Source: Sedimentisphaerales bacterium (GTDB lineage Bacteria; Planctomycetota; Phycisphaerae; Sedimentisphaerales; SM23-30). Taken from it: a stretch of 64,000 nt of DNA. Below are positions 29,425 to 39,464 of this stretch, piece after piece. The position numbers and the translations under genes were made by a program. Under the pieces are notes generated by a model, which was not told the DNA's origin, made no database searches, and was given only the letters and a program-made list of their open reading frames with translations. The first letter of the stretch is position 1; each line of letters starts with the position of its first letter. Where the stretch lies: NCBI GenBank assembly GCA_963666285.1, contig OY762711.1; one strand, 5' to 3'.

Positions 29425-31566
29425 ATGTTTAAGAAAGTTTGTATTTGTTTGTTGTCTTGCTTATTATTTGTTTCATCTTCATATGCCGTTGAATCATCAT
29501 ATGAAGGATTTGAAGGCTATTCAGAGGGTAATTTAGTGGGGCTGGAAGTTCTTGGATCCGGGTATGCTGCTGATGCTGTATGGAAGTCATTTGGCAGCGA
29601 AGTTACTTATCAAGCGGAAGGCCTGACTTATCCGGGCTTGCCCACAACTGGTGGATCAATTATTACTATTGATAGCAGCAGTGCATTGTATGCCAATCTG
29701 GATTTATCGGAATCTGGTCCTTTTGCTGACCTTATCGGTATATCTGGCGAAACCACATTAGTTGGTGGTGGTGATTTTGAAGGTCAGGTTTATATTAGTT
29801 TCCTGGTACAGGGTGAATATAATAACAACTGGGGTGGAATGACACTTTACAATCCGGGAGAAGTTATATTATTTGGTCGCACATACCAGAATACCTATTT
29901 TTCTACAACGCTTAGTGGAGATCCTGCAATTGGTGATCCCGGAACTGTATTTGACACTACCAAGACTCATTTAATTATTGCAAAAATAGATTTTAATGCT
30001 AATAAAGATGACGTTGTAAGTGTTTGGATTGATCCAGACTTGAGAGTAAATGAAGCCAGTCAGGCTCCTACAATAAAAACTGTCGGTCAAAAATCTGATG
30101 TAGGATTTAATTTTGCGGTATTTCGTGGTGATGGAGAATGGCATTATGATGAGTTGAGGATTGGAAAAGCATGGCGAGATGTTATTGGTGACAGAAAATC
30201 AGCAATAGTATCGTACCCTCCAGATGGAGGTAAAGATGTATTAGTTAGTTCAACTCTTGCCTGGACTGCCGGTGAAGAAGCTGTACCATCGGAATATAAA
30301 GTATATATATCAGATACAACAGATCAGCTAACAGAAAGTGACTTTGTAGCAACTACTTCAGATGCCTGGTATACACCGTCTGTAGAGTTTGGCAAGGATA
30401 AAACATATTATTGGCGAGTTGATTCAATAATAATGGAAAATAACGAGCCAAATACAATTACTGGTGCTGTTTGGAATTTTGACACAGAAATGACTGTACC
30501 AGTTATTAATTCCATATCCGGTTCACTGTTTGGTGCAGTAGGTGAAACAGTTTCAATTGAAGTTAATGCGACTGATCCGCTTGGTGGAGAGCTGAATTAC
30601 TCCTGGTTTATTGGTGAAGCGGGGGATACGAGTACTCCAACAGGAACAAACAGTTCTATATTAGATGTTGAAATTACCGATTCCAGCATATTTTCTAACA
30701 AGTACTGGTGCCAGGTATCAAATGCAGGAGCTTCAGCTAATACAGAATCTGTCATGATACTGGAAAAAATCATGCTGGCTCATTTGCCTTTAGAAAGCAC
30801 GACTGACCCTAATAATATAGTTAATGGTGCGCCAAAAGTATCTGTTTATATAAATCCAAGCAACAGCTCTGGTAATGTCAGCCAAGTTGATGGTGTTGTA
30901 GGTAAAGCAGTTCAGTTTTATCAGTCAGCAATCGTTTTTGATCCTCAAAAAGCGAGTTACTTTGACACTATGAATAAATATTGTACTGTAAGCTGCTGGG
31001 TTAAGACCGATAGAATTGACGACTGGAGAGCTATTATTTCACGTCATGGCGAATCTAATGGCTGGCAGTTACGTGAAGTATGGTATTCAAAGACCTTAGG
31101 ATTTACCACTCGTGGAGTGGAATCTAGTACTGATGGCAGCGAATCTGGATTCATAATCAGTGATGGTCAATGGCATTTCGTTGCGGCAACATTTAATAGT
31201 GGTACTGGTTATAAATCTGTATATATTGATGGCCTTAAAAGGGTGACAGATTTTACTGGATTACTGCCTATTTCTGATTCACCTGCCCCGGTAGTGGTTG
31301 CTGCCAGGTCGAGTAATGACGGACCGACAAGTTATACGATTAACGACTATTGTGACAATTTAATGATTGATGAAGTTAAATTGTATAATTATCCAATGAC
31401 TGATGCTGAAGTTGCCGATCAATATTCTGCAGTTGTTGGTACTTTCTGTGTTAACGATTTGCAGGCAGACATTAATAATGACTGTAATGTAGATATAGTT
31501 GATTTCTCATTATTGGCTTCAGAATGGCTGGATTGTTCGGCATATCCAGGCTGTTATGAATTCTAA
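29425..31566 (+). CDS. Secreted LamG-like jellyroll / Ig-domain protein with dockerin-like tail
   Basis: Start moved to 29425 (GGAGGT RBS, MFKKVCICLL signal); YDELRIG, YYWRVD, TVSCWVK..WHFVAATF..IDEVKLYNY, ADINNDCNVDIVDFSLLASEWL. Confidence 0.82.
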   Translation: MFKKVCICLLSCLLFVSSSYAVESSYEGFEGYSEGNLVGLEVLGSGYAADAVWKSFGSEVTYQAEGLTYPGLPTTGGSIITIDSSSALYANLDLSESGPFADLIGISGETTLVGGGDFEGQVYISFLVQGEYNNNWGGMTLYNPGEVILFGRTYQNTYFSTTLSGDPAIGDPGTVFDTTKTHLIIAKIDFNANKDDVVSVWIDPDLRVNEASQAPTIKTVGQKSDVGFNFAVFRGDGEWHYDELRIGKAWRDVIGDRKSAIVSYPPDGGKDVLVSSTLAWTAGEEAVPSEYKVYISDTTDQLTESDFVATTSDAWYTPSVEFGKDKTYYWRVDSIIMENNEPNTITGAVWNFDTEMTVPVINSISGSLFGAVGETVSIEVNATDPLGGELNYSWFIGEAGDTSTPTGTNSSILDVEITDSSIFSNKYWCQVSNAGASANTESVMILEKIMLAHLPLESTTDPNNIVNGAPKVSVYINPSNSSGNVSQVDGVVGKAVQFYQSAIVFDPQKASYFDTMNKYCTVSCWVKTDRIDDWRAIISRHGESNGWQLREVWYSKTLGFTTRGVESSTDGSESGFIISDGQWHFVAATFNSGTGYKSVYIDGLKRVTDFTGLLPISDSPAPVVVAARSSNDGPTSYTINDYCDNLMIDEVKLYNYPMTDAEVADQYSAVVGTFCVNDLQADINNDCNVDIVDFSLLASEWLDCSAYPGCYEF

Positions 31567-31602
31567 TAATATTCAAGTCAACATATAGATTATTTAGAGC
31601 CT

Positions 31603-31641
31603 GGGGCTGGGTATATACAATGTATCCAGCCCTGTTTTTTT
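31603..31641 (+). terminator. Rho-independent terminator
   Basis: GGGGCTGGGTATA-TACAA-TGTATCCAGCCCT followed by a T run. Confidence 0.8.
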
Positions 31642-31657
31642 ATTGCAACAGGTTTAG

Positions 31658-31772
31658 AGTGCGGTTTATGCTACGCATCATATGCAAAGGCCAGAACAGG
31701 GCCAACTAAGTGAAAAATGATTATTGAAAAGTGAAAAATTATGGTGTTCGACTATCGTCTCACGCTTTGTTT
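31658..31772 (+). repeat. Composite intergenic repeat: ATGCTACGCAT hairpin unit plus 67-bp 'left' element (31706-31772)
   Basis: 31658-31691 matches 11653 and 16621; 31706-31772 matches 58267-58333 at 56/67 nt without gaps. Confidence 0.8.
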
Positions 31773-32022
31773 TATACATAAGCGTTGCAGGAAGGCCCTT
31801 ATAGACGATTTACCAAAGGCACTTCGTTATTGCAACTTAAAAACTGTGAAAGTAAACAATACACTACAATAGCAAAATTAGTGCCGAACAGGATTGGGTC
31901 TTTCATATTAATTCTAGTACTGTACTAATAAAGCCGATATAATGATTGATATCGATAAATATTATATTTAAGATATGCCGATTAGTAGTTCTGAAATTTG
32001 AGATAAAGTTGAAGGAGTAGTC

Positions 32023-34380
32023 ATGAAGAGCCTGGCGATATTTTTTACGTTACTTATGTTGTTGTCAACACTTGCTTTAGCCGATATTGAAAGCGGGCTG
32101 GTTGGCCATTGGGGTTTTGACAATGGCAGTGGTTTGGTTGTTACTGACTCTGCCGGCTCCAATGATGGAACTATCGTTGGTGAATCGAACTGGAATAGCG
32201 ACGGATACCTGAACTTTGATGGAGATCAATATGTAACTCTTGATGGCATTAGCGGCCAGCAGCCAGGCGATGAAATGACTATCTCTGCCTGGGTGCGTCT
32301 TGATAATCTATCTGGTGTTAAAGTTATTTATAACTGTAACAGCTGGTGGGCCGATGGTTTATTTCATTTTCAGATCTATAATGACCATATAGAGTTTGCC
32401 GTATGGGGATATGAAGCATTAAGTGTCCAAAGTTTTAATGATGTTGGTTCCTGGTATCATGTAACGGCAGTATATTCAAATTCAAATAGCGATAGTGCTA
32501 TCAAACTATATGTTAACGGCGAAGAAGCCGCTGCTATGGCTGCTGATCAGACATTACAGGTTGATCTGAGTAATGCGGCCTGTATCGGTGCCTGGGATAA
32601 CGGTACTGCTGTCGAACGTATATTCAGTGGCGGGATTGATGAGTTGCGAGTATATGATCGTATGTTGTCTGCTGCAGATATTGCAGAGTTATACGACAGT
32701 GATGGCGATGGTATAATCAATATAGATGATCCATTCCCTTATGACCCTGACAATGATATTGATGGTGATGGTATCAGCGGTGATACAGACAACTGTCCAA
32801 CTACTACGAACAGCGACCAGCTCGATACAGACGGTGATGGCATTGGTGATGTTTGTGATATGTATCCGAACGATCCTGATAATGACATAGATGGCGATGG
32901 TATAAGTGGCGATATAGACAACTGTCCAGTTACGTATAATCCAGGTCAGGAAGATGCTGACGATGATGGTGTCGGCGATACTTGCGATGATGACAGCGAT
33001 AACGATGGAGTGATTGATATTACTGACAACTGTCCTGATACAGCCAACAGCGATCAGCTTGATGCTGATGGTGATGGAATTGGCGATGTTTGTGATGTGT
33101 ACCCGAACGATCCGGATAATGATATAGATGGTGATGGCATAAGTGGCGATATCGACAACTGCCCATATACGTATAACCCAGAGCAGGAAGATTCAGACGG
33201 TGATGGGATCGGTGATGTTTGTGAAGGTATAGAGTTTATTGTTGACCATAATGCAGATAATCCTGATAGAGATTTTGACTGTATTCAAACGGCGATAGAT
33301 TTTGCTCGTGACGGCCAGATAATTACCGTTATGCCTGGAAGGTATTATGAAAACATTAATATGAATGGTAAAGCGATAATATTGCAAAGCAGCAATCCGA
33401 ACAATACTGAAATCATCTTGGCTACGATTATTAATGGCGACCGGGCAGGTAGTGTAATAACCTGTAATAGCGGAGAAAGCAGCGATACAGTAATAAGCGG
33501 ATTTGTGATTACTAATGGCAAAGCTGAAAAAGGTGGCGGTATTTATAATTCATATAGTTCCCCAACAATAACTAACTGCGTGATCAGCAAAAATTTTGCA
33601 ATGGGAATCAGTGTGGGTTCTGTGACCAATACGAATACATCTCTTAATGGCGGTAGTGCCTATGGTGGTGGAATATACAACCAGGTCAGTTCCTCCCATA
33701 TTGTCAATTGCACAATCAGTAATAATGAAGCAACAGGTGGCGATGGTGGTGAAAGAGATGATGATAATGGCGGCAATGGAGGCAATGGCTATGGCGGTGG
33801 TATATATAATTACTCAGGTTCGTCTATACTGACTAACTGCACAATCAGATATAATGAAGTAACAGGTGGCGATGGCGGCGATGCTAAAGGTGATTACCTA
33901 AGTTATGGCGGCGATGGCGGGAATGGCTATGGTGGAGGATTGTATAATGCAATTTCCTCTCTCCAATTGAACAAATGTGAAATTGAAGAAAATTATACAA
34001 GTGGCGGAGAAGGAGGTAGTAGAAACAATGCTCCGTATGAATACGACGGCGAAGATGGCTATAGTAGAGGTGGTGGAATATGCAATGCATCCAGCTCAAC
34101 CTGGTCAATTAGTAACAGTATAATTTGTAATAATACAGCCGATAGCGGCGGTGGTGTATATAGTACAAGCAATTCTTTAGAATTAACAGCTTGCAACTTT
34201 TGTGCAAATTCACCTGAGGCAATTTATAGAACATACACTGACGGCGGCGATAATGTATTCACATTATACGATATTCCGCCAATACCAGGTGTTGTCACAG
34301 ATTATTTTGGTGATAGTGATGGCGATGGCGATGTTGACCTGACAGACTTTGCGGCATTTGCAGCAAACTGGCTAAAGTAG
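32023..34380 (+). CDS. Secreted LamG + thrombospondin type-3 repeat + right-handed beta-helix protein with dockerin-like tail
   Basis: AAGGAG RBS; GLVGHWGFD..IDELRVYDR (LamG); repeated DxDGDGIxxDxDNCP Ca-binding units; IQTAID..PGRYYENI..GGGIYN repeats; GDSDGDGDVDLTDFAAFAANWL. Confidence 0.85.
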   Translation: MKSLAIFFTLLMLLSTLALADIESGLVGHWGFDNGSGLVVTDSAGSNDGTIVGESNWNSDGYLNFDGDQYVTLDGISGQQPGDEMTISAWVRLDNLSGVKVIYNCNSWWADGLFHFQIYNDHIEFAVWGYEALSVQSFNDVGSWYHVTAVYSNSNSDSAIKLYVNGEEAAAMAADQTLQVDLSNAACIGAWDNGTAVERIFSGGIDELRVYDRMLSAADIAELYDSDGDGIINIDDPFPYDPDNDIDGDGISGDTDNCPTTTNSDQLDTDGDGIGDVCDMYPNDPDNDIDGDGISGDIDNCPVTYNPGQEDADDDGVGDTCDDDSDNDGVIDITDNCPDTANSDQLDADGDGIGDVCDVYPNDPDNDIDGDGISGDIDNCPYTYNPEQEDSDGDGIGDVCEGIEFIVDHNADNPDRDFDCIQTAIDFARDGQIITVMPGRYYENINMNGKAIILQSSNPNNTEIILATIINGDRAGSVITCNSGESSDTVISGFVITNGKAEKGGGIYNSYSSPTITNCVISKNFAMGISVGSVTNTNTSLNGGSAYGGGIYNQVSSSHIVNCTISNNEATGGDGGERDDDNGGNGGNGYGGGIYNYSGSSILTNCTIRYNEVTGGDGGDAKGDYLSYGGDGGNGYGGGLYNAISSLQLNKCEIEENYTSGGEGGSRNNAPYEYDGEDGYSRGGGICNASSSTWSISNSIICNNTADSGGGVYSTSNSLELTACNFCANSPEAIYRTYTDGGDNVFTLYDIPPIPGVVTDYFGDSDGDGDVDLTDFAAFAANWLK

Positions 34381-34438
34381 AATAGCGATGTTGTGTGTTT
34401 GTACCATAAGAATCAATTCACGACATTGCACCCAATAT
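34381..34438 (+). repeat. 58-bp hairpin-forming dispersed repeat ('right' element), copy 1
   Basis: 47/58 identical, ungapped, to 59404-59461; stem GCGATGTTGTG/CACGACATTGC. Confidence 0.8.
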
Positions 34439-34440
34439 GA

Positions 34441-36285
34441 TTAATTTTGTAATATACCAAAATATACCGCAGCCAAGAAGTCAGCATTCCAGCCCTGGAT
34501 ACAATGGCCGCCGGTGCTGCCGTTAATTGAGTTAATGTATTCGTATGGCAGGTATTTGTTGTTATTTTCTAATGTTGCCTTTGCACATTTCTTCATTAGA
34601 TTAATTCCATCATCAGTTCTCCCGGATTTAAGCAATGCCCAACTATGAATGTAATTGAGGTAGGGCCACATTCCGCCGTTATGGTAACATCCCTGGGGAT
34701 AGCCGAAGCTGTCAGGGTAGAATGGCATTGTTTCAGCAGTTCCATATTCGGTAATTGAGGCATCTAATGCATTTAATACCAGGGTTGCGCGTTCTTTAGG
34801 CATTACATCGAATACAATGCCAACAACCTGATCCTGTAAAAGTTTTTTATTTGTCTGGTTTTTGGCGGTATCATTCCATGTTTGCTGGTAAAATTTACCG
34901 TTCCACAGTCCGCCGGATTCAACAGGTAGATTTATGAGTTTATCAGCTTTCGTATACATAGCCTGATATACTTCGGCGTCATCAGAGTATTCTAGTATTT
35001 TTGCTGCATTTATCATTTCTTTCAGGGCGGCAAGGTATGTGAATGCCATATGGGGAGCGTATTTCCTTCCTTCTATGCCGTTAACATCTTTCCAGTCGGC
35101 CCAAAATGAGTGCTGCTGCGGCATTCCCTGGTTATTTATGTCAAGTGATTTAAGGAAACCGATTGCGTTTTTCATTGCCGGGTAGCAATACTTTAAGAAT
35201 TGTGAATCTTTATGATGGTTATAATATCGAGCTGCCCTGAGTATAAAATAGCAAGTAATATCGATATCGTCATTGCGTTCTATCGTTGGGAGTATTGTGG
35301 TAGGAATTTTCCCATCATTTCTTTGATGTTCAATCGATTCAAATATCATTTTCTTCTCCAGTTCAGGCCAGAGCAGCAAATGAGCGAAACTTGTCCAATA
35401 TGAATCTCTTTGGTTTAACTCGGAATACCCCATGGTTAAAACATTGCCGTCTTTCATTGTTTTAGTGAGTATTACTGCAGGAATCATATGCCAGCGGAGA
35501 TAGCGATTGATTTCACGGTCGTTTACAACGGGTAATTTTTTAGTGAAGTCATTTGTCTTATTTTCAAGTAATTCCAGGTTATCTGAGGCGTAGGCCAATA
35601 TTTCCTGCGGTGAATTAAAAGCCTGGGCGGATTTACTCATATCATCGTAAATGCCTGTAATAATATGTATTGTTTTTGCTTCTCCTGGTTTTAAGATTAC
35701 CGGAGTTGAAAGCCGGTCAATAATATAATTAACATTTTTCTGATGCAAGACCGCGACAAACTTGTTGCCGGAACACAGCATAGTAAAGTCTTTGTTCGAT
35801 CGATCTATATAATAAGGGGTGTCAATATATTGGCTTGTTTGAAGATTTAGTTCCAGCTGTTTTGTGTCTCCAGAGTTAATAAAGTCAATTTTACTTATTA
35901 TAAAAGGGAGCGAAGATGTGAAATCGTCATTATACGCTATTGGTGCATAGGTCAAGGTGTTAACCTGGATATCATTTATTTTGGGGTCCGATTGCTCTGT
36001 CTTGACAAAAGGCCAGTTCCGGTTAATTGTTTTATTCTGGAAGTCATCAAATTCAATAGAATTTGTGTTGTATGTGATACTTGCAGTTATGTTTCCTAAA
36101 CTGCTGAGCCACTGTCCGTACCCTGAAGGGTTGTGGATTATATTGCCAAATATTTTGCCTTCTGCCGAAATATTGGCCCCAATTTTAAAATTACAACACG
36201 GGTAACCATCTACACTGTCTATTTCATAAGCTATTAAATGATTACATACAATTAAAAAGCAAAATGCGTACATCGTAAATTTCAT
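34441..36285 (-). CDS. Secreted six-hairpin glycosidase-like protein (GH116/amylo-alpha-1,6-glucosidase-like)
   Basis: GGAG RBS, signal peptide; NQRDSYW, QRNDGKIP, WADWKD, LWNGKFY, YHNGGMWPY, PYEY motifs of (alpha/alpha)6 glycosidases. Confidence 0.7.
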   Translation of the reverse strand: MKFTMYAFCFLIVCNHLIAYEIDSVDGYPCCNFKIGANISAEGKIFGNIIHNPSGYGQWLSSLGNITASITYNTNSIEFDDFQNKTINRNWPFVKTEQSDPKINDIQVNTLTYAPIAYNDDFTSSLPFIISKIDFINSGDTKQLELNLQTSQYIDTPYYIDRSNKDFTMLCSGNKFVAVLHQKNVNYIIDRLSTPVILKPGEAKTIHIITGIYDDMSKSAQAFNSPQEILAYASDNLELLENKTNDFTKKLPVVNDREINRYLRWHMIPAVILTKTMKDGNVLTMGYSELNQRDSYWTSFAHLLLWPELEKKMIFESIEHQRNDGKIPTTILPTIERNDDIDITCYFILRAARYYNHHKDSQFLKYCYPAMKNAIGFLKSLDINNQGMPQQHSFWADWKDVNGIEGRKYAPHMAFTYLAALKEMINAAKILEYSDDAEVYQAMYTKADKLINLPVESGGLWNGKFYQQTWNDTAKNQTNKKLLQDQVVGIVFDVMPKERATLVLNALDASITEYGTAETMPFYPDSFGYPQGCYHNGGMWPYLNYIHSWALLKSGRTDDGINLMKKCAKATLENNNKYLPYEYINSINGSTGGHCIQGWNADFLAAVYFGILQN

Positions 36286-36985
36286 ATATGGACTCCTGTT
36301 TGTGCTTTATTATTACTGCTGCTTAATTATAAATGATCAGCGATTTCAAATAAATGAGATATTATGAGTTGTATTTGTTTTATATCAGAATTACTAACAC
36401 AAACTGCCAGACAGTCAGTTTGAAAGGTATTAAGCGAGGGTTTCCTGAAAGCGGTAGGCTATATATTTTTTATCCGACATATTGTCTTAGGGTTTGTGAC
36501 AGGAAAACAAATATAAAATCGGTAACTTCGATTTACTAATTGGATTTCAAGTATATGAAAATTATTATTTATCAAAAGTATCAAGATATAATAAGCTATG
36601 TTTGGCGATCAAATTATCCTTTGTGAAGAGTATTCGCATGTAATGCCGCATATAATGAAGTATATGGGTGTTTTTGCGATATTTCGACAATATCTTACAT
36701 ATCAATATATCAAAGGCAGAGGTCACTATTTTCTATTCATTCAATAATGAAATATGTTATAGTTGATAATGTGAAATATGTGATATCTTTTATTAATTTC
36801 TGTTAAATATAGCTCTAAAATATAAATCTTTTTACGAGAATTGTATGAAGAGGCATATTCGCATGTTTTAGACGAAGGTGTGGTTAAGCACTTTTGGCTG
36901 TTCAACATTATTATAACATCAATAACGATATTTAATTAATGCTAATACGTAAACAATTATGGCGATCTAATTTGAAACGAGGTAA

Positions 36986-37858
36986 ATGATGAAAAGTAAA
37001 CAAGCTTTTACATTGATAGAGCTTTTGGTAGTAATTTCTATAATTGCATTATTGGTGAGTATTTTAATGCCTGCCCTAAACAGAGCCAAAGAACAGGCGA
37101 AAGCTTCAGTGTGCCTTGGTAATCAGAAAGCACTAATAAGTGCCTGGATTATGTACCAGGTTGATAATGATGACAAGCTTGTTGGCGGAATCGTAAGTTC
37201 ATATGACTCCACAGCGAATGCAAGTTACTGGGGAGGAGCATTGGACTATCCTGCAAAAATATCGTGGGCACATGCCCCGCTTCGCAGTGATTTGAGAAAT
37301 GCAACAAAAGATGATCTTATATCGACTGATGGGCTGAATTGCAGGAAACGAGGGGTCGAATATGGCAAATTATGGAAGTATACAAAAACACATGATGTTT
37401 ATAACTGCCCAGGTGATAGAAAATTCAAAAATAACCCACCATATGATACTTTTGTATCATATGCCATTTCAGCTACGATGAATGGAGAAGAACATACCTG
37501 GAATGGTAATATCAAACCATATATCAATAATAGCCAGATTAAGATACCAACCGAAAAAATGGTATTCATAGAGGAAAATCCAATCGAACAAGAATGGCTG
37601 GCAGGTTCATTTGTGCTTGATTCAACAGGAAGCACTACAATGCCAAAATTAATCTGGCGAGATTATCCGGCACCATGGCACATTAAAAAAGCAACTGTTA
37701 GCTTTGCAGATGGTCACGCTCAGACAACAGACTGGAAATCTAAAACAACTCGTGAGCTGGTTATGCATGAGACGAGAATGACATTTAGTATTGGTGATGA
37801 ATTCTGTGCCGATAATCTTGATCTCTTCGATATGAATCAGTGGTATGGAGGAAGATAA
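36986..37858 (+). CDS. Prepilin-type N-terminal cleavage/methylation protein with H-X9-DG motif (DUF1559-type)
   Basis: AFTLIELLVVISIIALLVSILMPALNRAKEQAK, YNCPGD, WHIKKATVSFADGH (H-X9-DG). Confidence 0.92.
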   Translation: MMKSKQAFTLIELLVVISIIALLVSILMPALNRAKEQAKASVCLGNQKALISAWIMYQVDNDDKLVGGIVSSYDSTANASYWGGALDYPAKISWAHAPLRSDLRNATKDDLISTDGLNCRKRGVEYGKLWKYTKTHDVYNCPGDRKFKNNPPYDTFVSYAISATMNGEEHTWNGNIKPYINNSQIKIPTEKMVFIEENPIEQEWLAGSFVLDSTGSTTMPKLIWRDYPAPWHIKKATVSFADGHAQTTDWKSKTTRELVMHETRMTFSIGDEFCADNLDLFDMNQWYGGR

Positions 37859-37912
37859 GCCTTTTATTGGCATAATAGTGATATCTTTGACACTTTGAAA
37901 TATATTAAGTTA

Positions 37913-37939
37913 CTCAAACTGACCGGCGGTCAGTTTGAG
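37913..37939. repeat. Perfect 12-bp inverted repeat (possible terminator or REP-like hairpin)
   Basis: CTCAAACTGACC-GGC-GGTCAGTTTGAG; followed by a purine run, not a T tract. Confidence 0.55.
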
Positions 37940-38443
37940 AGGGAGGGGAGGTGTTGGTTTTGATATCAGGTCCAAAAGTCGAGTACGACAAATAAGATTA
38001 GATTTTAACGCAATAGTGTATATACGGGCATTGCAGCAATATACGGCCTCAGGCTGTTGTTATGCGTATATTTTAGCAATAAATCCGAAATGCAATTAAC
38101 GAGTATGTTTCATAAACCATGATATATATAGTGCTTATGAATGATATTGGGGAGCTGTGACTTATATGTTTGCATGATTATTTTATTGTTTAATGGCGCA
38201 ATTCCGGGGTTTAATAAATCTATTATCAAATCTTTTACTTACATAAAGTATTTCTAATTCTATTAATCTATAGTCTTATCTTGTATTGAGTTACATTCGT
38301 TTGCATTCATGTAAATATGATATTATTCATATTTGTTAATGAATGATTTAATATTATCTATATAAATGTAAAAAAGGTGTAACTTTATCTACATATGAGT
38401 GTAAAATTAATAAAATGATTAATAATAATGACTTGTATTTCTC

Positions 38444-38472
38444 TTGACACTTGTATGGTCGAGAGATAATAT
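38444..38472 (+). promoter_or_regulatory. Candidate sigma-70 promoter of the PspA/flotillin operon
   Basis: TTGACA (38444-38449), 17-nt spacer, TAATAT (38467-38472). Confidence 0.5.
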
Positions 38473-38656
38473 CAGTAGAGTTATTGAGATTGTTTTAAGA
38501 GATTTAGTATTCCAAACATGGTTTGCGCCATCCGTGTGTGATGGGTAACTGCAAAGCATTTTGACGATCAGGCGGTATCGAGAATACCCGATATTCAGCC
38601 GTCGTCGGTTATTCCAGTGTGTGTTTCTGGAAGCCTAATATAAGGAGTATTACATT

Positions 38657-39337
38657 ATGGGACTGTTCAAACGTTTACACAGAATCACCGTAGGCAGGAT
38701 CGAAGCATTTTTAGATCGCGTAGAAGATCCGGAAGTTGTATTTCCAATTCTAGTAAAAGAGATGGAAGCTCAGCTTGAAGAAACGGCCAAAGCAGAGTCG
38801 CGTGCGAGCGCGAATTTGAAGCAGGCTCGTCGTGAGTTGGAGCGACATCAGCAGCGATTGGAAAAATACAATCAAGGTGCAGTGCTGGCGATCAAGAAAA
38901 ATGACGAGCAGACGGCACATTTGGCGGTAGAGGCTCAGATTGACCTTGAACGTGTTATCGAACTGTCGCAGCAGAACTATGACAGGGCCGTTGATGCACT
39001 GGAACATGCAACAGCAAGTCGTCAGCGTATAGCCAGGCAGCTGGAAGAGCTGCGATCAAAGAAACAGGAGTTGCTGGCGCGTGTCAAGATAGTAAAGGCA
39101 CAAAAGAAAGTGCAGCGTAGTGTCTCGGGCGGGATTGGTTGTTCAGATAGTATTTTAGATTCGGTTGCCAGATTGGAAGCTAATATCGAAGAAGCAGAGT
39201 CAAAACTCGAGATACAGGCTTCATTAAATGGCGATGATTTACTTTATAGTCCGTTGGACAGGCAGTTGCGAGAGCTGGACCATGAAGCAGAAGTTCAGCG
39301 CAGGCTGGATGAGGTCCGAAAGCTGGCAATGAGCTAA
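38657..39337 (+). CDS. PspA/IM30 family protein, paralogue 1
   Basis: Amphipathic N-terminus MGLFKRLHRI..LDRVEDPE, long coiled coil, A..A...DE..A..A hairpin tip, EVQRRLDEV C-terminus; AAGGAG RBS. Confidence 0.88.
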   Translation: MGLFKRLHRITVGRIEAFLDRVEDPEVVFPILVKEMEAQLEETAKAESRASANLKQARRELERHQQRLEKYNQGAVLAIKKNDEQTAHLAVEAQIDLERVIELSQQNYDRAVDALEHATASRQRIARQLEELRSKKQELLARVKIVKAQKKVQRSVSGGIGCSDSILDSVARLEANIEEAESKLEIQASLNGDDLLYSPLDRQLRELDHEAEVQRRLDEVRKLAMS

Positions 39338-39464
39338 AAAAACGGATAGTATTGGAAGCTACTTAGAAAAATAATTTATGCCGGGCTGCGGCATGATTTG
39401 CAGCCTGGCAGTAAATATATTTCATGAATAACAAATGATGGTTAAATACCATCGGGAGGCAGCT

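Noticed and set aside
38513..38560. c-di-GMP-I riboswitch (GCAAAG motif)
   Set aside because: Lacks the GGCAAAC/GAAA-loop/GGACGCAAAG arrangement; kept only as an unclassified structured leader.
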